Under the pieces are notes generated by a model. It was not told where the DNA came from. It ran no database searches and was given only the letters and a program-made list of their open reading frames with translations. Below, in pieces: positions 29,829 through 40,313 of a DNA stretch of 64,000 nt. The stretch is from NCBI GenBank assembly GCA_965261545.1, contig CBDHDF010000011.1, forward strand, positions 544,001 through 608,000, in the 5' to 3' direction. The position numbers and the translations under genes are program-made. Numbering within the stretch: position 1 is the first letter of the stretch; each line of letters begins with the position of its first letter. Source of the stretch: Bdellovibrionales bacterium. GTDB lineage: Bacteria > Bdellovibrionota > Bdellovibrionia > Bdellovibrionales > UBA1609.

Positions 29829-32516
29829 TTATAACAGTTCCTTGGCTTTTGTGGCGAGGGCTCCCCGGGTGGCAAGCTCTGTGATCAAGAGAGTGGATAA
29901 GACACAAACAATGAGGCTGATCATGGGTGTGATAGGCTCGTAAGCCCAGAAGCTTTCAAAAAGAATCTTTGAGATCAAGAAACTCACCAAAAGACCCACA
30001 GCCAAACCGAGAAGACTTGCCAGAAGCGAAATAATACCAAGTTGCCATAGAAATTGATAGCGAATGTCCTGAAAGCGAGCCCCAAGAACTTTTAAAAGTC
30101 CCATATCTCTACGACGACTTTGAGCTTGATAGTGAGTGATTAGGAAGATAACCATAAATCCTGTCATGAGAGATAAAGCTGTCATGAACTGTAGAGCCCA
30201 GGTGATTTGATTGGTAATATCCTTAAGGCGATGAACAATTCTTGAAACATCAACAATAGAAACATTGGGAAATTTTCCTACAATTTTATTTTGAAGATTC
30301 GTCTTCAATGAAGCGACAAGTGGAGGCAGTGTACCTAAAAATGTTTTTGGGGCCGAAGTTAAAACACCTGGCTGAAACTGAATAAAAAAATTAGGCTGAA
30401 AAGAGGTCCATTGGACAGACCGAATATTAATCACCTTCCCCATGACTAAAGCACTCTGAATATCAAATGTCATCGTGTCACCTATATTTAAATTCAGTCT
30501 TCTTGCAAAGCGCTTTTCTAGAGAAATCTCAGGGAACCTGATGCCAATCTCATGGAGATTGGAGTCTTTGACAGAGCGTTCTCTCTGGGAATCCATATCT
30601 TTGGAATTCATGCTCTTGGAATCCGTAGGCGCCAAAGAGGTTTTCGCTTCATAGATTCCCGAAAACGGTTTTCCGCGTATGATTTTCTCTGATTGGATGA
30701 GGTCATTACGGTAGGAGAGATTGTATCCACGATTTCTTGCACGCATTTCACGCTCTTCTTCCAGACTCATACGTTGGTCGTCCTTAGCCCCCATGCTCTT
30801 GCTAAAGGCCACACCATTGACGGATTTGAGGCGAGCTCTGACTAGAGGAGAAATTTTTTGAAATTTAAGGCTCTCATCTTGAAGGAATTTTTTTATTTCA
30901 GGAAGCTGCTCCTCCTGGATATCGAATAAAAACAAACTGGGTAATTTTGACTTTTCAGGGCTTTGAAGCTCAATCTGTAGAGAGTGCCGTATCTGGGGGA
31001 TCAAGTTAAGAAGAACCATTCCCATAGCTATGGATAAAAAGGAAGAAAGAGTGCTCAAGGGATTTCGAGTGAGGTGGCGTAGAGCCCACCTCAGGCTTAA
31101 AATCTTTGATGGTTCGCAAGTGCCCAAAAGCTTAAACACCAGCCATGCACTGAGTGTAAGAATCAGGCCAGCCCCAAAAAAGAGACCGATAAATAAAGAC
31201 CCCATTCGCCATGAATGAGAGAGCCATACAGAAAGATACCAAAAGAGAAAAGCTCCAGGAAGGAAGGCTACAAAGTAAATCCAAGTATGAGGTGATGGCT
31301 GCACAACCTGTGTGAACAATAGGGAAGGTTTCAGCCCTCGAAGTTGCATGAGCATAGGTAGACAAGAGCAAACACAACCCAGTGTTCCTATCAGGGCCCC
31401 CATCAACAAAGACGACGGATGCACGCTAAATTCAATGGGAAAGGGAAGTAAGCCCTTTGTCACAAAATTCAAAATGGGTAAAATTCCCCAAGATAAGGCA
31501 CCTGCAAGAAGAGAGCTTACGAAACCCAAAGTGACAACTTGCAGGAGGTAAAGAAAAAATGCTTGTCTGTGGGAAACACCAAGACTAATGAGAATGGCAA
31601 TCTCTTTGATTTTTCGTCGAAGGTACGAACGAAATAAAAATCCTGTTCCCATAGAGGCTAAAAAGAGAGCTACGAGGGAAGAGAGACCCAAAAAATCATT
31701 AAGGTAAGACAGTAGCCTTGCCATTTGTTGGCTGACATTCTTATGAGTATAAACTTGAACATCGGGGTTATCTATGGCCTGAAAGACCTTTTGTTTTAAT
31801 TCATTGATCTGTCTTGGAGATATTGGCATTTTAAAAAGAGTGCTGTACCAAGCAAGACTTCCCGGCTTTAAAAGATCTGTTTTATGGATTTGAGAAAGCC
31901 CTATATAGATCCTAGGAGCCATGTTTGTTGTAAAGCCAGCAGCCGAGTCATTGCTGACCGCATGAGCCACTTCAAATTCGCCTTCCCCAATTTGAATCCT
32001 GTCGCCAATATTTATTTGTAACTGAGTGAGAAGTTCAGGATACACCCAAGCAACGGGGCGATCATAAAGAGCTTGAAAGTCCTTAGTATCTGCAAACTTA
32101 TTTTTTTCAAGTTCTAGCTTGCCGTAAAAAGGAAAACCTTTTTCAATAGCTTTGATTTGTATCAGGCGAGATATTCCTTGCTGGCTTGCAACCATGGAAA
32201 ACATTTCCACCATGTTGGTCTTCAACAAAGGACTTTGCTTTAACAAAGAACCTTGCTTCAATAAAGGACTGTGGTCATTTTCATAGTTTTTGGTGACGAA
32301 ATTTAGCTCCTCACTCTTAAGGGGCCGCCTAGAAGAAAGACCAAAGTCCGCACCGAGAATGGCTTTTGACTTGGTATAGAGAGTCTTATCTATGGAGTCA
32401 CGAAAACCATCTAGAGCCACAAAACCTACAAGTCCTAGAGTGAGATTAATAATAAAAAGAAGGGAAAAACGCCTGTCATTGAAAAGCTCTTTTATGATGT
32501 ATGAAAACAGAATCAT
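29829..32516 (-). CDS. ybbP: FtsX-like ABC transporter permease (YbbP family)
   Basis: FPFYG, PSLFLFDIQ and RSVQWTSFQPNFF motifs; two FtsX transmembrane modules. Confidence 0.88.
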   Translation of the reverse strand: MILFSYIIKELFNDRRFSLLFIINLTLGLVGFVALDGFRDSIDKTLYTKSKAILGADFGLSSRRPLKSEELNFVTKNYENDHSPLLKQGSLLKQSPLLKTNMVEMFSMVASQQGISRLIQIKAIEKGFPFYGKLELEKNKFADTKDFQALYDRPVAWVYPELLTQLQINIGDRIQIGEGEFEVAHAVSNDSAAGFTTNMAPRIYIGLSQIHKTDLLKPGSLAWYSTLFKMPISPRQINELKQKVFQAIDNPDVQVYTHKNVSQQMARLLSYLNDFLGLSSLVALFLASMGTGFLFRSYLRRKIKEIAILISLGVSHRQAFFLYLLQVVTLGFVSSLLAGALSWGILPILNFVTKGLLPFPIEFSVHPSSLLMGALIGTLGCVCSCLPMLMQLRGLKPSLLFTQVVQPSPHTWIYFVAFLPGAFLFWYLSVWLSHSWRMGSLFIGLFFGAGLILTLSAWLVFKLLGTCEPSKILSLRWALRHLTRNPLSTLSSFLSIAMGMVLLNLIPQIRHSLQIELQSPEKSKLPSLFLFDIQEEQLPEIKKFLQDESLKFQKISPLVRARLKSVNGVAFSKSMGAKDDQRMSLEEEREMRARNRGYNLSYRNDLIQSEKIIRGKPFSGIYEAKTSLAPTDSKSMNSKDMDSQRERSVKDSNLHEIGIRFPEISLEKRFARRLNLNIGDTMTFDIQSALVMGKVINIRSVQWTSFQPNFFIQFQPGVLTSAPKTFLGTLPPLVASLKTNLQNKIVGKFPNVSIVDVSRIVHRLKDITNQITWALQFMTALSLMTGFMVIFLITHYQAQSRRRDMGLLKVLGARFQDIRYQFLWQLGIISLLASLLGLAVGLLVSFLISKILFESFWAYEPITPMISLIVCVLSTLLITELATRGALATKAKELL

Positions 32517-33289
32517 AGAGTTCGACCAGCCCTCATTTCAATTTTTCGTTTGCACCTAGCAGCAAAGCCCTCGTCATGGGAAACCAGGACCATAGTCATG
32601 GAATGATCTTCCACTAGGGCAAATAAAAGGTCCATGACCTTGGTTCCAGTACGAGTGTCTAGGTTCCCACTGGGTTCATCAGCCAATAAGATTTTAGGCT
32701 GAGCCACAAGGGCTCTTGCAATAGCCACCCGTTGATTTTCTCCACCACTGAGTTGGTGGGGCATATGGGTTCTACGATCCAAAAGTCCCACCTTGCTAAG
32801 GACTTCGTAAACTTTTTCTCCAATGGAAGTTTTGCCCTCCCCTCCAGAGGCTGTGGCATTCTCACTTATGGAGTTCTTGCTTATGGAATGATTCTCACCT
32901 ATAGAATGATTCTTACCCATGGCAGCTTTGCCTAAAATCTCCAAAGGAAGACGAATGTTTTCTTCTGCCGTAAGGTGGGGCATAAGGTGAAACTGCTGAA
33001 ACACAATACCAATGTGATGGGCTCGAAAGCGTGAGAGTTCACGCTCTGTCATAGAGGTGATTCGGTGACCATAGATATCGATGGTTCCCTTTGTGGGGGC
33101 ATCAAGCCCTGCGAGCAAGGATAAAAGAGTGGTCTTGCCACTACCTGAGGGACCGACAATGGCTAATGTTTCTTTCTCCTCCATGGAAAAAGTAATATTC
33201 TGCACGGCCGGAATCAAAACTGTGCTTTGTTGAAAATCCCTTGAAATATTCTTAACTTCTAAAATCATGGTTACAGCCACCTTTTCCAT
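32513..33289 (-). CDS. ybbA: ABC transporter ATP-binding protein (YbbA-like)
   Basis: GPSGSGKT, LSGGENQRV, LADEP. Sits between tesA and ybbP. Confidence 0.88.
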   Translation of the reverse strand: MEKVAVTMILEVKNISRDFQQSTVLIPAVQNITFSMEEKETLAIVGPSGSGKTTLLSLLAGLDAPTKGTIDIYGHRITSMTERELSRFRAHHIGIVFQQFHLMPHLTAEENIRLPLEILGKAAMGKNHSIGENHSISKNSISENATASGGEGKTSIGEKVYEVLSKVGLLDRRTHMPHQLSGGENQRVAIARALVAQPKILLADEPSGNLDTRTGTKVMDLLFALVEDHSMTMVLVSHDEGFAARCKRKIEMRAGRTL

Positions 33290-33387
33290 AAAAACCAGTG
33301 AAAGATCAGTTTCCAGGCCTAAAAATCCGATCTAATTTGGGTTTCACGATAATCCTGGAGAATAGTCTTTCCTCTCTAAAGCCGCAC

Positions 33388-34257
33388 TTATAGAAGCTTT
33401 TCCACATAGGGCATGAGATATTTAAAGGCCGTTTGAGCGATGATTTTATGTCCTTTTTCATTGGGGTGAATTCCATCGGGCAAATTGAGCTTTTTCACAG
33501 TACCCACACTTTCTAGCAAAAATGGAATAAAGCCAATTTGGTGCTTTTGAACAAGATTCTTAAAGATATTCTCAAACTTTTGACGATACTCTTTACCGTA
33601 ATTGTAGGGAAGTTTCATTCCCGCAAGAACGACCTCCATTTTGTAAATCTTGGCAAGCTCAATAGTTTTATGGAGGTTTTTCTGAGTGACTGCTGTATCA
33701 AAACTTCGAAGTCCATCGTTGCTTCCCAGTGCCAAGAGTAAGATTTGCGGCTTGGCAGCAACATACCACTTAAGCCTTGAAATGGCACTGGCCGTGGTGG
33801 ACCCACTGATTCCAGCATTGATGACTTGAATGGACACTTTCCTTTGGCTTTGTCCTAGAATTGGGCTTGGAACTGATCCGGAGATTGGATTTTGCCATTG
33901 GTTTTTGTTCTGGTTTTGTCCTCGATTTTGTTTTTGTCTGGAATTTAGAATCTTTTGAGTTCTTTTTTGAAGATGGGCTTCTAACAAAGTGGGATAAGCA
34001 TCTTTTTTAGCAACACCATAGCCCTCGGTGAGGGAGTCACCGAGAATGAGTATTTTAATTTTTAGATGTTTTTTAGAGTCGAGAGTAGGGGCATTTCCAG
34101 GTGCATCAAAAGTGGGAGCCGATGCAGTGGAACCAAGCACAGATTTGGGTGGGAGGGGAAACCATCCGATCCGTAAAGTGAGTGCAGTCACCATGACGAG
34201 ACAGAAAATCCCACCGAACACAGTACAAGCTGTGAAAATCATTCGCTTTTTATTCAT
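33388..34257 (-). CDS. tesA: GDSL/SGNH arylesterase (TesA-like)
   Basis: GDSL, NAGISG, GSND and DGIHPN motifs. Confidence 0.9.
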   Translation of the reverse strand: MNKKRMIFTACTVFGGIFCLVMVTALTLRIGWFPLPPKSVLGSTASAPTFDAPGNAPTLDSKKHLKIKILILGDSLTEGYGVAKKDAYPTLLEAHLQKRTQKILNSRQKQNRGQNQNKNQWQNPISGSVPSPILGQSQRKVSIQVINAGISGSTTASAISRLKWYVAAKPQILLLALGSNDGLRSFDTAVTQKNLHKTIELAKIYKMEVVLAGMKLPYNYGKEYRQKFENIFKNLVQKHQIGFIPFLLESVGTVKKLNLPDGIHPNEKGHKIIAQTAFKYLMPYVEKLL

Positions 34258-34511
34258 GAGATTTTGTATTCATAAAGCCACCTCTTGTAAAGAAGAAAAT
34301 ACTTTGAAAAGTACTGGGTGACACTCTATACACTCTGCATAAAATCAAAATATTAACCAAAGTAACCAAAGGGGGGGGGCATTTTTTTGCTTCTGCTCCC
34401 CCTCTTAGGGATATTTCAATTTTTCTGAATATTTCAAGTCTCCACTAGCTTTTTCCACGAAAAGTTGGAGAATGAGGGGAGATAGCCAACTTTTTTCTAT
34501 GGCCTGTTGCC

Positions 34512-34883
34512 CTACTTACACATAAATTCCTTCTTGATGTCATCAGCGGGTCCCGACAGGGTGATATAAAGTCCGTTGTGACCACAGTTGAAATTTTTCC
34601 TGTGAAAACGCATTGTCTTACCAGCGACAACATCGACTCTCATATAGTCACCATGGCAACTTCTAAATTGACGGACGTAGGTTGTTTTCCATCCTCGACC
34701 TCCACCACCTTCATCATAACAATTGGTCTTAAGTATAGTTCCAGAGCGATTGTCAATGCGTATATATCCCCAATCTCTTGCTTCTTCCCTTGCATCTCCC
34801 TCATCTTCCCCCTGTCCCAAAGCCATAGTGGATATCAAGCCAAAAATAACAATCATAAAAGTCATACGAATGAATGAAAGCAT
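34512..34883 (-). CDS. Small secreted 4-Cys hypothetical protein (paralog of 10237-10587)
   Basis: Signal-peptide-like N-terminus. Shares RDWGYIRI, KTNCYDEGGG, RQFRSCHGDYMR and GLYIT. GGAGG RBS. Confidence 0.85.
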   Translation of the reverse strand: MLSFIRMTFMIVIFGLISTMALGQGEDEGDAREEARDWGYIRIDNRSGTILKTNCYDEGGGGRGWKTTYVRQFRSCHGDYMRVDVVAGKTMRFHRKNFNCGHNGLYITLSGPADDIKKEFMCK

Positions 34884-34964
34884 ATTTTCCTCCCTTTTTA
34901 AGTTTAAAGATTATGGCTTCCAGGCCATGTGTTGGTGTTTGTATTATTATTTTTTATAGTTCCA

Positions 34965-34992
34965 ATTATATATATTTCTTTATTCTTGTGAA
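34965..34992 (-). promoter_or_regulatory. Putative sigma70 promoter TTCACA-N16-TATAAT
   Basis: Conserved with 10681-10708. Confidence 0.6.
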
Positions 34993-35097
34993 TAAGAAAA
35001 GAAGGAATAGGGAAAGGTTTTGACTTTGGTCTATATAATGAACCCCATGTGGTCCTTAGCTACAAAGCGGCTCAATAGGCACATAAGATCTTTTTTT

Positions 35098-36888
35098 GTA
35101 ACTGCTCGCACCCCAATGCCGTTTCCTTAAGAAAAATCTCTTGAAATTATTAGATAAATCGACAAGAATAAGACTTGTTTTATTTTACACCCAACCCTCA
35201 ACCAAGGAGTAAGTCACATGCAATCCAATATTGATCTCGAAAGCCCCCAAATGACGAGTTCGCGTCACAGATGACCATTTTATTCTACCAAAACTTGATT
35301 CTTCCTTCAAGCCAGAGCACCTTGTCGATCCAGAAAAACAAAAAAGGGTAACTGCTCGCACCCCTTCTACACCAGACTTTTAGCCTAAAGACCATTTTTA
35401 TACTAAAGTATTGATTCTCAAGCCTCCCCATTTAATAATTCTTTCGTGAATACAAGAAAACAATCCTTACGAAGCGAAATTGAAAACCTCCAGAAGGAAT
35501 CTAAGAAGATTCTTTCTGACAAGAGTATCCCACGAGAGACTAAACTATTTATTCAGTCCATGCTGACCATTCTCACAGTTGTAGTGATTTTATTTTTGGA
35601 AAAAAAGACTCGTAAAAACTCCAGCAATAGTGGGCTGCCCCCTTCTCAGAACTCTGGTAGCAATGGGAACCGCAATAAGGAAGGGGCTGAGGAAGACAGC
35701 AAGAAAGGATCAAGGCTCGATAACAGTAAGGACACAGAGAGCAAGGAAACAGTCTCTCCATCAAATTGCTCTAAATGTGGGGCCGATTTGAAGGAAACTG
35801 AGATGAAAGGCTCCGAAGAGCGTAAAAAAATTGATATTCTCTATGAGATAAACACCCACACTGTCACCTCTGAAATCAAAGAGTGCCATGAATGTGGTAC
35901 AGAAAACAAAGGCCCATTCCCAGAGGGCATAGATGGACCGATCCAATATGGTATTGGAATTAGGGCCTCAATTATTAATTTTATTGTCATTTAAATGATG
36001 TCTCTCCAGCGTGTTGGTGAACACTACAAGGGTCTCGTTGGCCGCTTTATCTCACCCTCAACCATGTTGAAGTATATTTCTCAACTGAGCGAATCTCTTC
36101 AAGAGTGGGAACAATGGGCAAAACAACAAATCCTTGAGTCTGTGGTCATTCATGTTGACGAAACCTCCATGAGAGTCAATAAGAAGAACTACTGGATTCA
36201 TACTTATAGCTGTGGTGATCTTACATTGCAGTTCATCCATCCTTCCCGTGGAAAAGATGCCATCAAAGATATTGGCATATTGGACAGGTATGGAGGTATC
36301 TTGGTACATGACTGTTGGAGTCCCTATTTTTCTTATACAGATATGCTTCATGCTCTGTGTGTTGCCCATCTTCTTAGGGAATTGAAATTTGTGGAGGATA
36401 GCTCTGGTTCGAAATGGGCCACCAATCTGAAAAAACTTCTTCAGGAAGCTGTTGAATTGGTCCAAAAAAGAAAATCTAAGATATTGACTCGAAAAGAGTA
36501 TCAAACTCTTCAGAGGAGGTATAGGAATATTCTCACAAGGGCTTTAAAGGAGCTTCCTCCCTTTCCAGAGAAGAATGGTAAAAAAGGACGAGTGAAACAT
36601 ACAGATGCTCAAAATCTTTGGCTCCGCTTTAAAAAATATGAAGCAGAAATCCTTCTCTTTGCCAAAGTGAAAGAGGTGGACCCAACCAACAACAGAGCCG
36701 AGCGAGACTTGAGAATGAATAAGGTGAAAAAGAAAGTATCAGGTTGCTTCAGGACAGCAAAAATGGCAAAGCACTTTTGTCGGATTACCAGTTATGTCAA
36801 GACTATGAGAAACAAGGGGTTCTCTTCCTTAGAGGCCATCAATATGGCTCTCAAGGGAGAAATTCCTATGTAAGGTGCGAGCAGTTAC
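35098..36888 (+). mobile_element. IS66 composite: IS66 IRL (35098-35113) + IS-A left end (35114-35347) + full IS66 (35348-36888)
   Basis: 15-bp IR GTAACTGCTCGCACC at 35098 and 35348, inverted at 36874-36888. 8-bp TSD CTTTTTTT at 35090-35097 and 36889-36896. Confidence 0.9.
35446..36873 (+). pseudogene. Single-ORF IS66-family transposase with in-frame TAA at 35992-35994
   Basis: KNSSNSGLPPS, zinc finger, HVDET, VHDCW, LCVAHLLREL and TNNRAERDLR motifs. The two ORFs are in the same frame. Confidence 0.9.
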
Positions 36889-36906
36889 CTTTTTTTTTGC
36901 CAGAGG

Positions 36907-37917
36907 CTAGTGGGAGTGTTGTCCCTGGTAAGCATTGCGACGTGAGAATTCGTCCAGAAAAAGTTGATAGGTTTCCATTTTACTTTTTGCCCACCTGGGA
37001 GCCATAAGCTCTTCGTGACGACTGGCCACAGCAGCCAACCTATGGACAGCAATCTTTGGAGAAAGGTGCTGCAAAAAGAGAATAGTTCTATCAATATATT
37101 CTTTACGACCAAGGGGAGAGAAGTCACCTTGAAGGTATTGTTCTCCAAGAGGTGTGCCCTTAAGAACATGGAGGTTGTGAAGTTTCACATTATCCACAGA
37201 GAGGCTTGACACCAATTTGGCTGCTTCCACTAAGTCCTTTTTGGTTTCCCCAGGAAAACCGAAAATTAAATGAAGCCCCAGGTCAACATCGCACTGACGC
37301 TTGATCTTATAAATGGCATCTATGGATTGCTGGCATGTATGCCCACGCCTCATCCACAGTAGTTGGTCGTCATCAAAGCTTTGAACTCCCAACTCCACGG
37401 CGAGAAAAGTTTTTTTGGAATACTCATTCCATAGATCCAAAACGGCATGTGAAAGACAATCGGGGCGAGTTGCCACGACCATGCCGACAACATCTTCACA
37501 CTCCACAGCCACTTCAAAATACTTTCTTAACTGAGTTGTGCGTGTAAATGTATTTGTGTAGGCTTGGAAATAAACCAGAAATTTTTGGGCCTTAAACCTC
37601 TTTCGAATGGTTCCCATGGTCTTGCCAATTTGGTCTTTCAACTCCATATCCCGACGCTCAGGGTAAGCCGCCGAACCCCAAACATCGCAAAATATGCAGG
37701 TTTTCATTCCCTTTAAACCCTCACGATTTGGACAAGTTTGAAATACAGAGACGGGAATCTTATAAACTTTCTGACCAAACTGACGATGATAGAATTGACT
37801 GATAGGATAGTAGGGCAAGCCTTGCCACGAATTGGAATTCTTGGTGCCCATGATAGGTGGTTCTGACTCTTTACACTCATGGTCCGGGCCATTTATCATG
37901 TATGTTCCATACCCCAA
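36907..37917 (-). CDS. Radical SAM protein, TIGR01212 (YhcC-like)
   Basis: TCPNREG..CIFC, YFQAYTNT, TRPDCL and VKLHNLHVLKGT motifs. Confidence 0.92.
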   Translation of the reverse strand: MGYGTYMINGPDHECKESEPPIMGTKNSNSWQGLPYYPISQFYHRQFGQKVYKIPVSVFQTCPNREGLKGMKTCIFCDVWGSAAYPERRDMELKDQIGKTMGTIRKRFKAQKFLVYFQAYTNTFTRTTQLRKYFEVAVECEDVVGMVVATRPDCLSHAVLDLWNEYSKKTFLAVELGVQSFDDDQLLWMRRGHTCQQSIDAIYKIKRQCDVDLGLHLIFGFPGETKKDLVEAAKLVSSLSVDNVKLHNLHVLKGTPLGEQYLQGDFSPLGRKEYIDRTILFLQHLSPKIAVHRLAAVASRHEELMAPRWAKSKMETYQLFLDEFSRRNAYQGQHSH

Positions 37918-37954
37918 AAGTGAAAAATACCTACCTAGTTAAAAGCTTACCTAG

Positions 37955-39529
37955 TTAAAAGCTTATGGACACACGACTCATAAAGCCAAGGCTCAGGTCG
38001 GTTTCAAAACTATTGCTTCCCCCTTGAAAAGCCTGTCCTGGAGCAAAGAATCCTAAGCTATTGACCCAAACCAAATGCGGTCTGAAAAACTTAAAGTTCA
38101 CATCCAACTCGTAACCAAGGCCCTTTGATGTATTGGCATTAAGGGGATCCTCATTCAACCACCCTGTGGTCAAACCAACATCCACAAGCCAAGACTCTGT
38201 CATACGATAGGTCACCTTGGGGGAAAAGTAGATGGTATTGCTAATGGCCTCCACATCCGCTAAATTCACCTCCGAAGTTAAGTCATTCCGCCCCGTTACC
38301 AAAGCTGTTCTCAAATAATCCACTCTCCCCAAGGGGTGGTTAAACATAAGAAATGCAATGTCGTAGTTGCGATCAAAAATAAAACCTTCGTATTGATGGG
38401 TTGTCACGGGGTCATCTCCAGAGGCATACCCAAAGTCAATACGACCGGCCCACTTGGAATCTTTACTTTCAAAGGGCTTTTCCAACTCAATGGCAAGACC
38501 TTTCCCTGAAAGGCCAATGCTGCGCCCTGTGATGTCATCTTGAATACCCGTGGATCCACTTTGGGTGGAAGCCTCAACACCCAATGTCCATGATTCCATT
38601 TGCCACTTCAAGTACAAGCTCATGGCCCTCATTGCGTACTTGTCCACCACACTTCCAGAACCATAGCCATACAGCCCCACGGAACGGGCTTGGGATGGTG
38701 GTTCTTTGGCTTCAACAGAGTTCGTCGCAAGCTCGTTATTTAAATTGACACCTCTCTCTCCTCCATTGGCATCGTTGGCGGCCCAATCAGCCTGGCGAGC
38801 ACGATAGAAAAAGCCAGTTTCTAATCCAGCCTCAGGCTTTTTGTACTGAAGCTGAATAAGCCACTCTGAAATGTCATCTGATTTATGAAGGTCTCCCTCA
38901 TTCACCTTGGCCATCATAGGAAAAATAGAAAAACTTCCCAAAACCAACTTATATCCCAGCAAATCACGGGTGTCATACCAGTGATCAAAGATACCATCAC
39001 CAGCATTATAAGTCATCCCCAACCCAAAATGCACAGGAGCCCTTCCCACAATAAATGAACCAAATTCTTGGTTGTAAGTCATATAGAGGTGAGAGACTTC
39101 TAGGTTCCCCGCCTTCTGCCTTTCAGAGACTGTGTTTAAGGATCCCTGGCCAGAAAACCCACGTCCCCAAATATCGCCCATTTGATTATTGGATGCAAAA
39201 CCTGAGGATTCTTGATTAAATATATCGAACCGGCTATAAATTGTAAGATTATCAGCCGCCACAATTTTGGGTTTCAAAACCAAGTGGTGCAAACCATAGG
39301 ACTTATTATCTCCCCCTGATATCTCAGGGTTGTTAATATGGTACCCCTCCAGTCGGTAAAATCCCGACCAATCCAGGTCTGCCCAACAGTAAGAACTCAT
39401 TGAAAAAGTGAGAAAAGCCCCCAGAGCCAATCTAAAAACCCTTGCTGTATTGGTTGTGTTTATATTGGCATTTGCATTGGTACTCTTTACGCTTATTGTA
39501 TTTATCATGTTAACCCCATATTTATTCAC
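37955..39529 (-). CDS. Outer-membrane beta-barrel hypothetical protein
   Basis: Signal peptide, alternating beta-strand pattern, GRAPVHFGLG, C-terminal Phe. Confidence 0.75.
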   Translation of the reverse strand: MNKYGVNMINTISVKSTNANANINTTNTARVFRLALGAFLTFSMSSYCWADLDWSGFYRLEGYHINNPEISGGDNKSYGLHHLVLKPKIVAADNLTIYSRFDIFNQESSGFASNNQMGDIWGRGFSGQGSLNTVSERQKAGNLEVSHLYMTYNQEFGSFIVGRAPVHFGLGMTYNAGDGIFDHWYDTRDLLGYKLVLGSFSIFPMMAKVNEGDLHKSDDISEWLIQLQYKKPEAGLETGFFYRARQADWAANDANGGERGVNLNNELATNSVEAKEPPSQARSVGLYGYGSGSVVDKYAMRAMSLYLKWQMESWTLGVEASTQSGSTGIQDDITGRSIGLSGKGLAIELEKPFESKDSKWAGRIDFGYASGDDPVTTHQYEGFIFDRNYDIAFLMFNHPLGRVDYLRTALVTGRNDLTSEVNLADVEAISNTIYFSPKVTYRMTESWLVDVGLTTGWLNEDPLNANTSKGLGYELDVNFKFFRPHLVWVNSLGFFAPGQAFQGGSNSFETDLSLGFMSRVSISF

Positions 39530-39630
39530 TTATAAAGTCATCATCTTAAAAGTTAATTATCTATAACCTATTAAAGTCAATATCCGAGTGATCCATTATT
39601 TATATTATAATCTATAAACCATCACTCTCA

Positions 39631-39909
39631 CTAGCTGCCAATACCACGACGACTCAGTTCTTCCTCGTAGTACTTTCGATACATCACTTCCCACTCCGGG
39701 CTGCCTTCAATGACATTGCGTTTTAGCCTCGACACAGAATCTCTTGCCTTGCGATCAATTTCCAGTATCTCCTGGGCAAACTTAGACATGGCTAGCTTTC
39801 CTGAACGCATGGCCTTGTCCTCATCCGAGTAGTCCACAAGGTCATCCTTCCATAAACCATCTATCACCAAATAAGCGAGGTGCTGCTGGCGATCTTCCGA
39901 GAGAATCAT
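39631..39909 (-). CDS. DUF507-family protein
   Basis: C-terminal EGSPEWEVMYRKYYEEEL; paired with the next gene. Confidence 0.75.
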   Translation of the reverse strand: MILSEDRQQHLAYLVIDGLWKDDLVDYSDEDKAMRSGKLAMSKFAQEILEIDRKARDSVSRLKRNVIEGSPEWEVMYRKYYEEELSRRGIGS

Positions 39910-40184
39910 AGAACAAATTCCTTTTTTTCCGCTAATTTTTTTTTCAACAAGGGAAACATTTTATAGCGCTGAAACGACCCTGGATTTTCTCTTTCAAGGT
40001 CATCCATCATGGAGTGAACCTCTCGATCCAGTTCCTGCTCCTTGGCAAAGTTTGCCTTGATAATTCTCACCGCTTGCTGAAAAACATCAGACTCCTTGGC
40101 CTTGAATTGAACCAGATTTCCGTCCTTTAGTTCCTTAAAAATTAAATGAACCATTCTTTGAATTTGACTCTCTGAAGCTTTCAT
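39906..40184 (-). CDS. DUF507-family protein
   Basis: EQELDREV...KMFPLLKKKLAEKKEFVL pattern; 4-bp overlap with its partner. Confidence 0.75.
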   Translation of the reverse strand: MKASESQIQRMVHLIFKELKDGNLVQFKAKESDVFQQAVRIIKANFAKEQELDREVHSMMDDLERENPGSFQRYKMFPLLKKKLAEKKEFVL

Positions 40185-40313
40185 AACTTTGACTAAATGC
40201 TCTTACAACCTTAAAGTCAAGGGTAAGAAATATCCCGTTAAGACGCAACGTGAGGAGCCCCACTGAAGTTAAAAGTCATTTTTTGTTTTTTTTGGATTTT
40301 AATCAGCTTTTTT

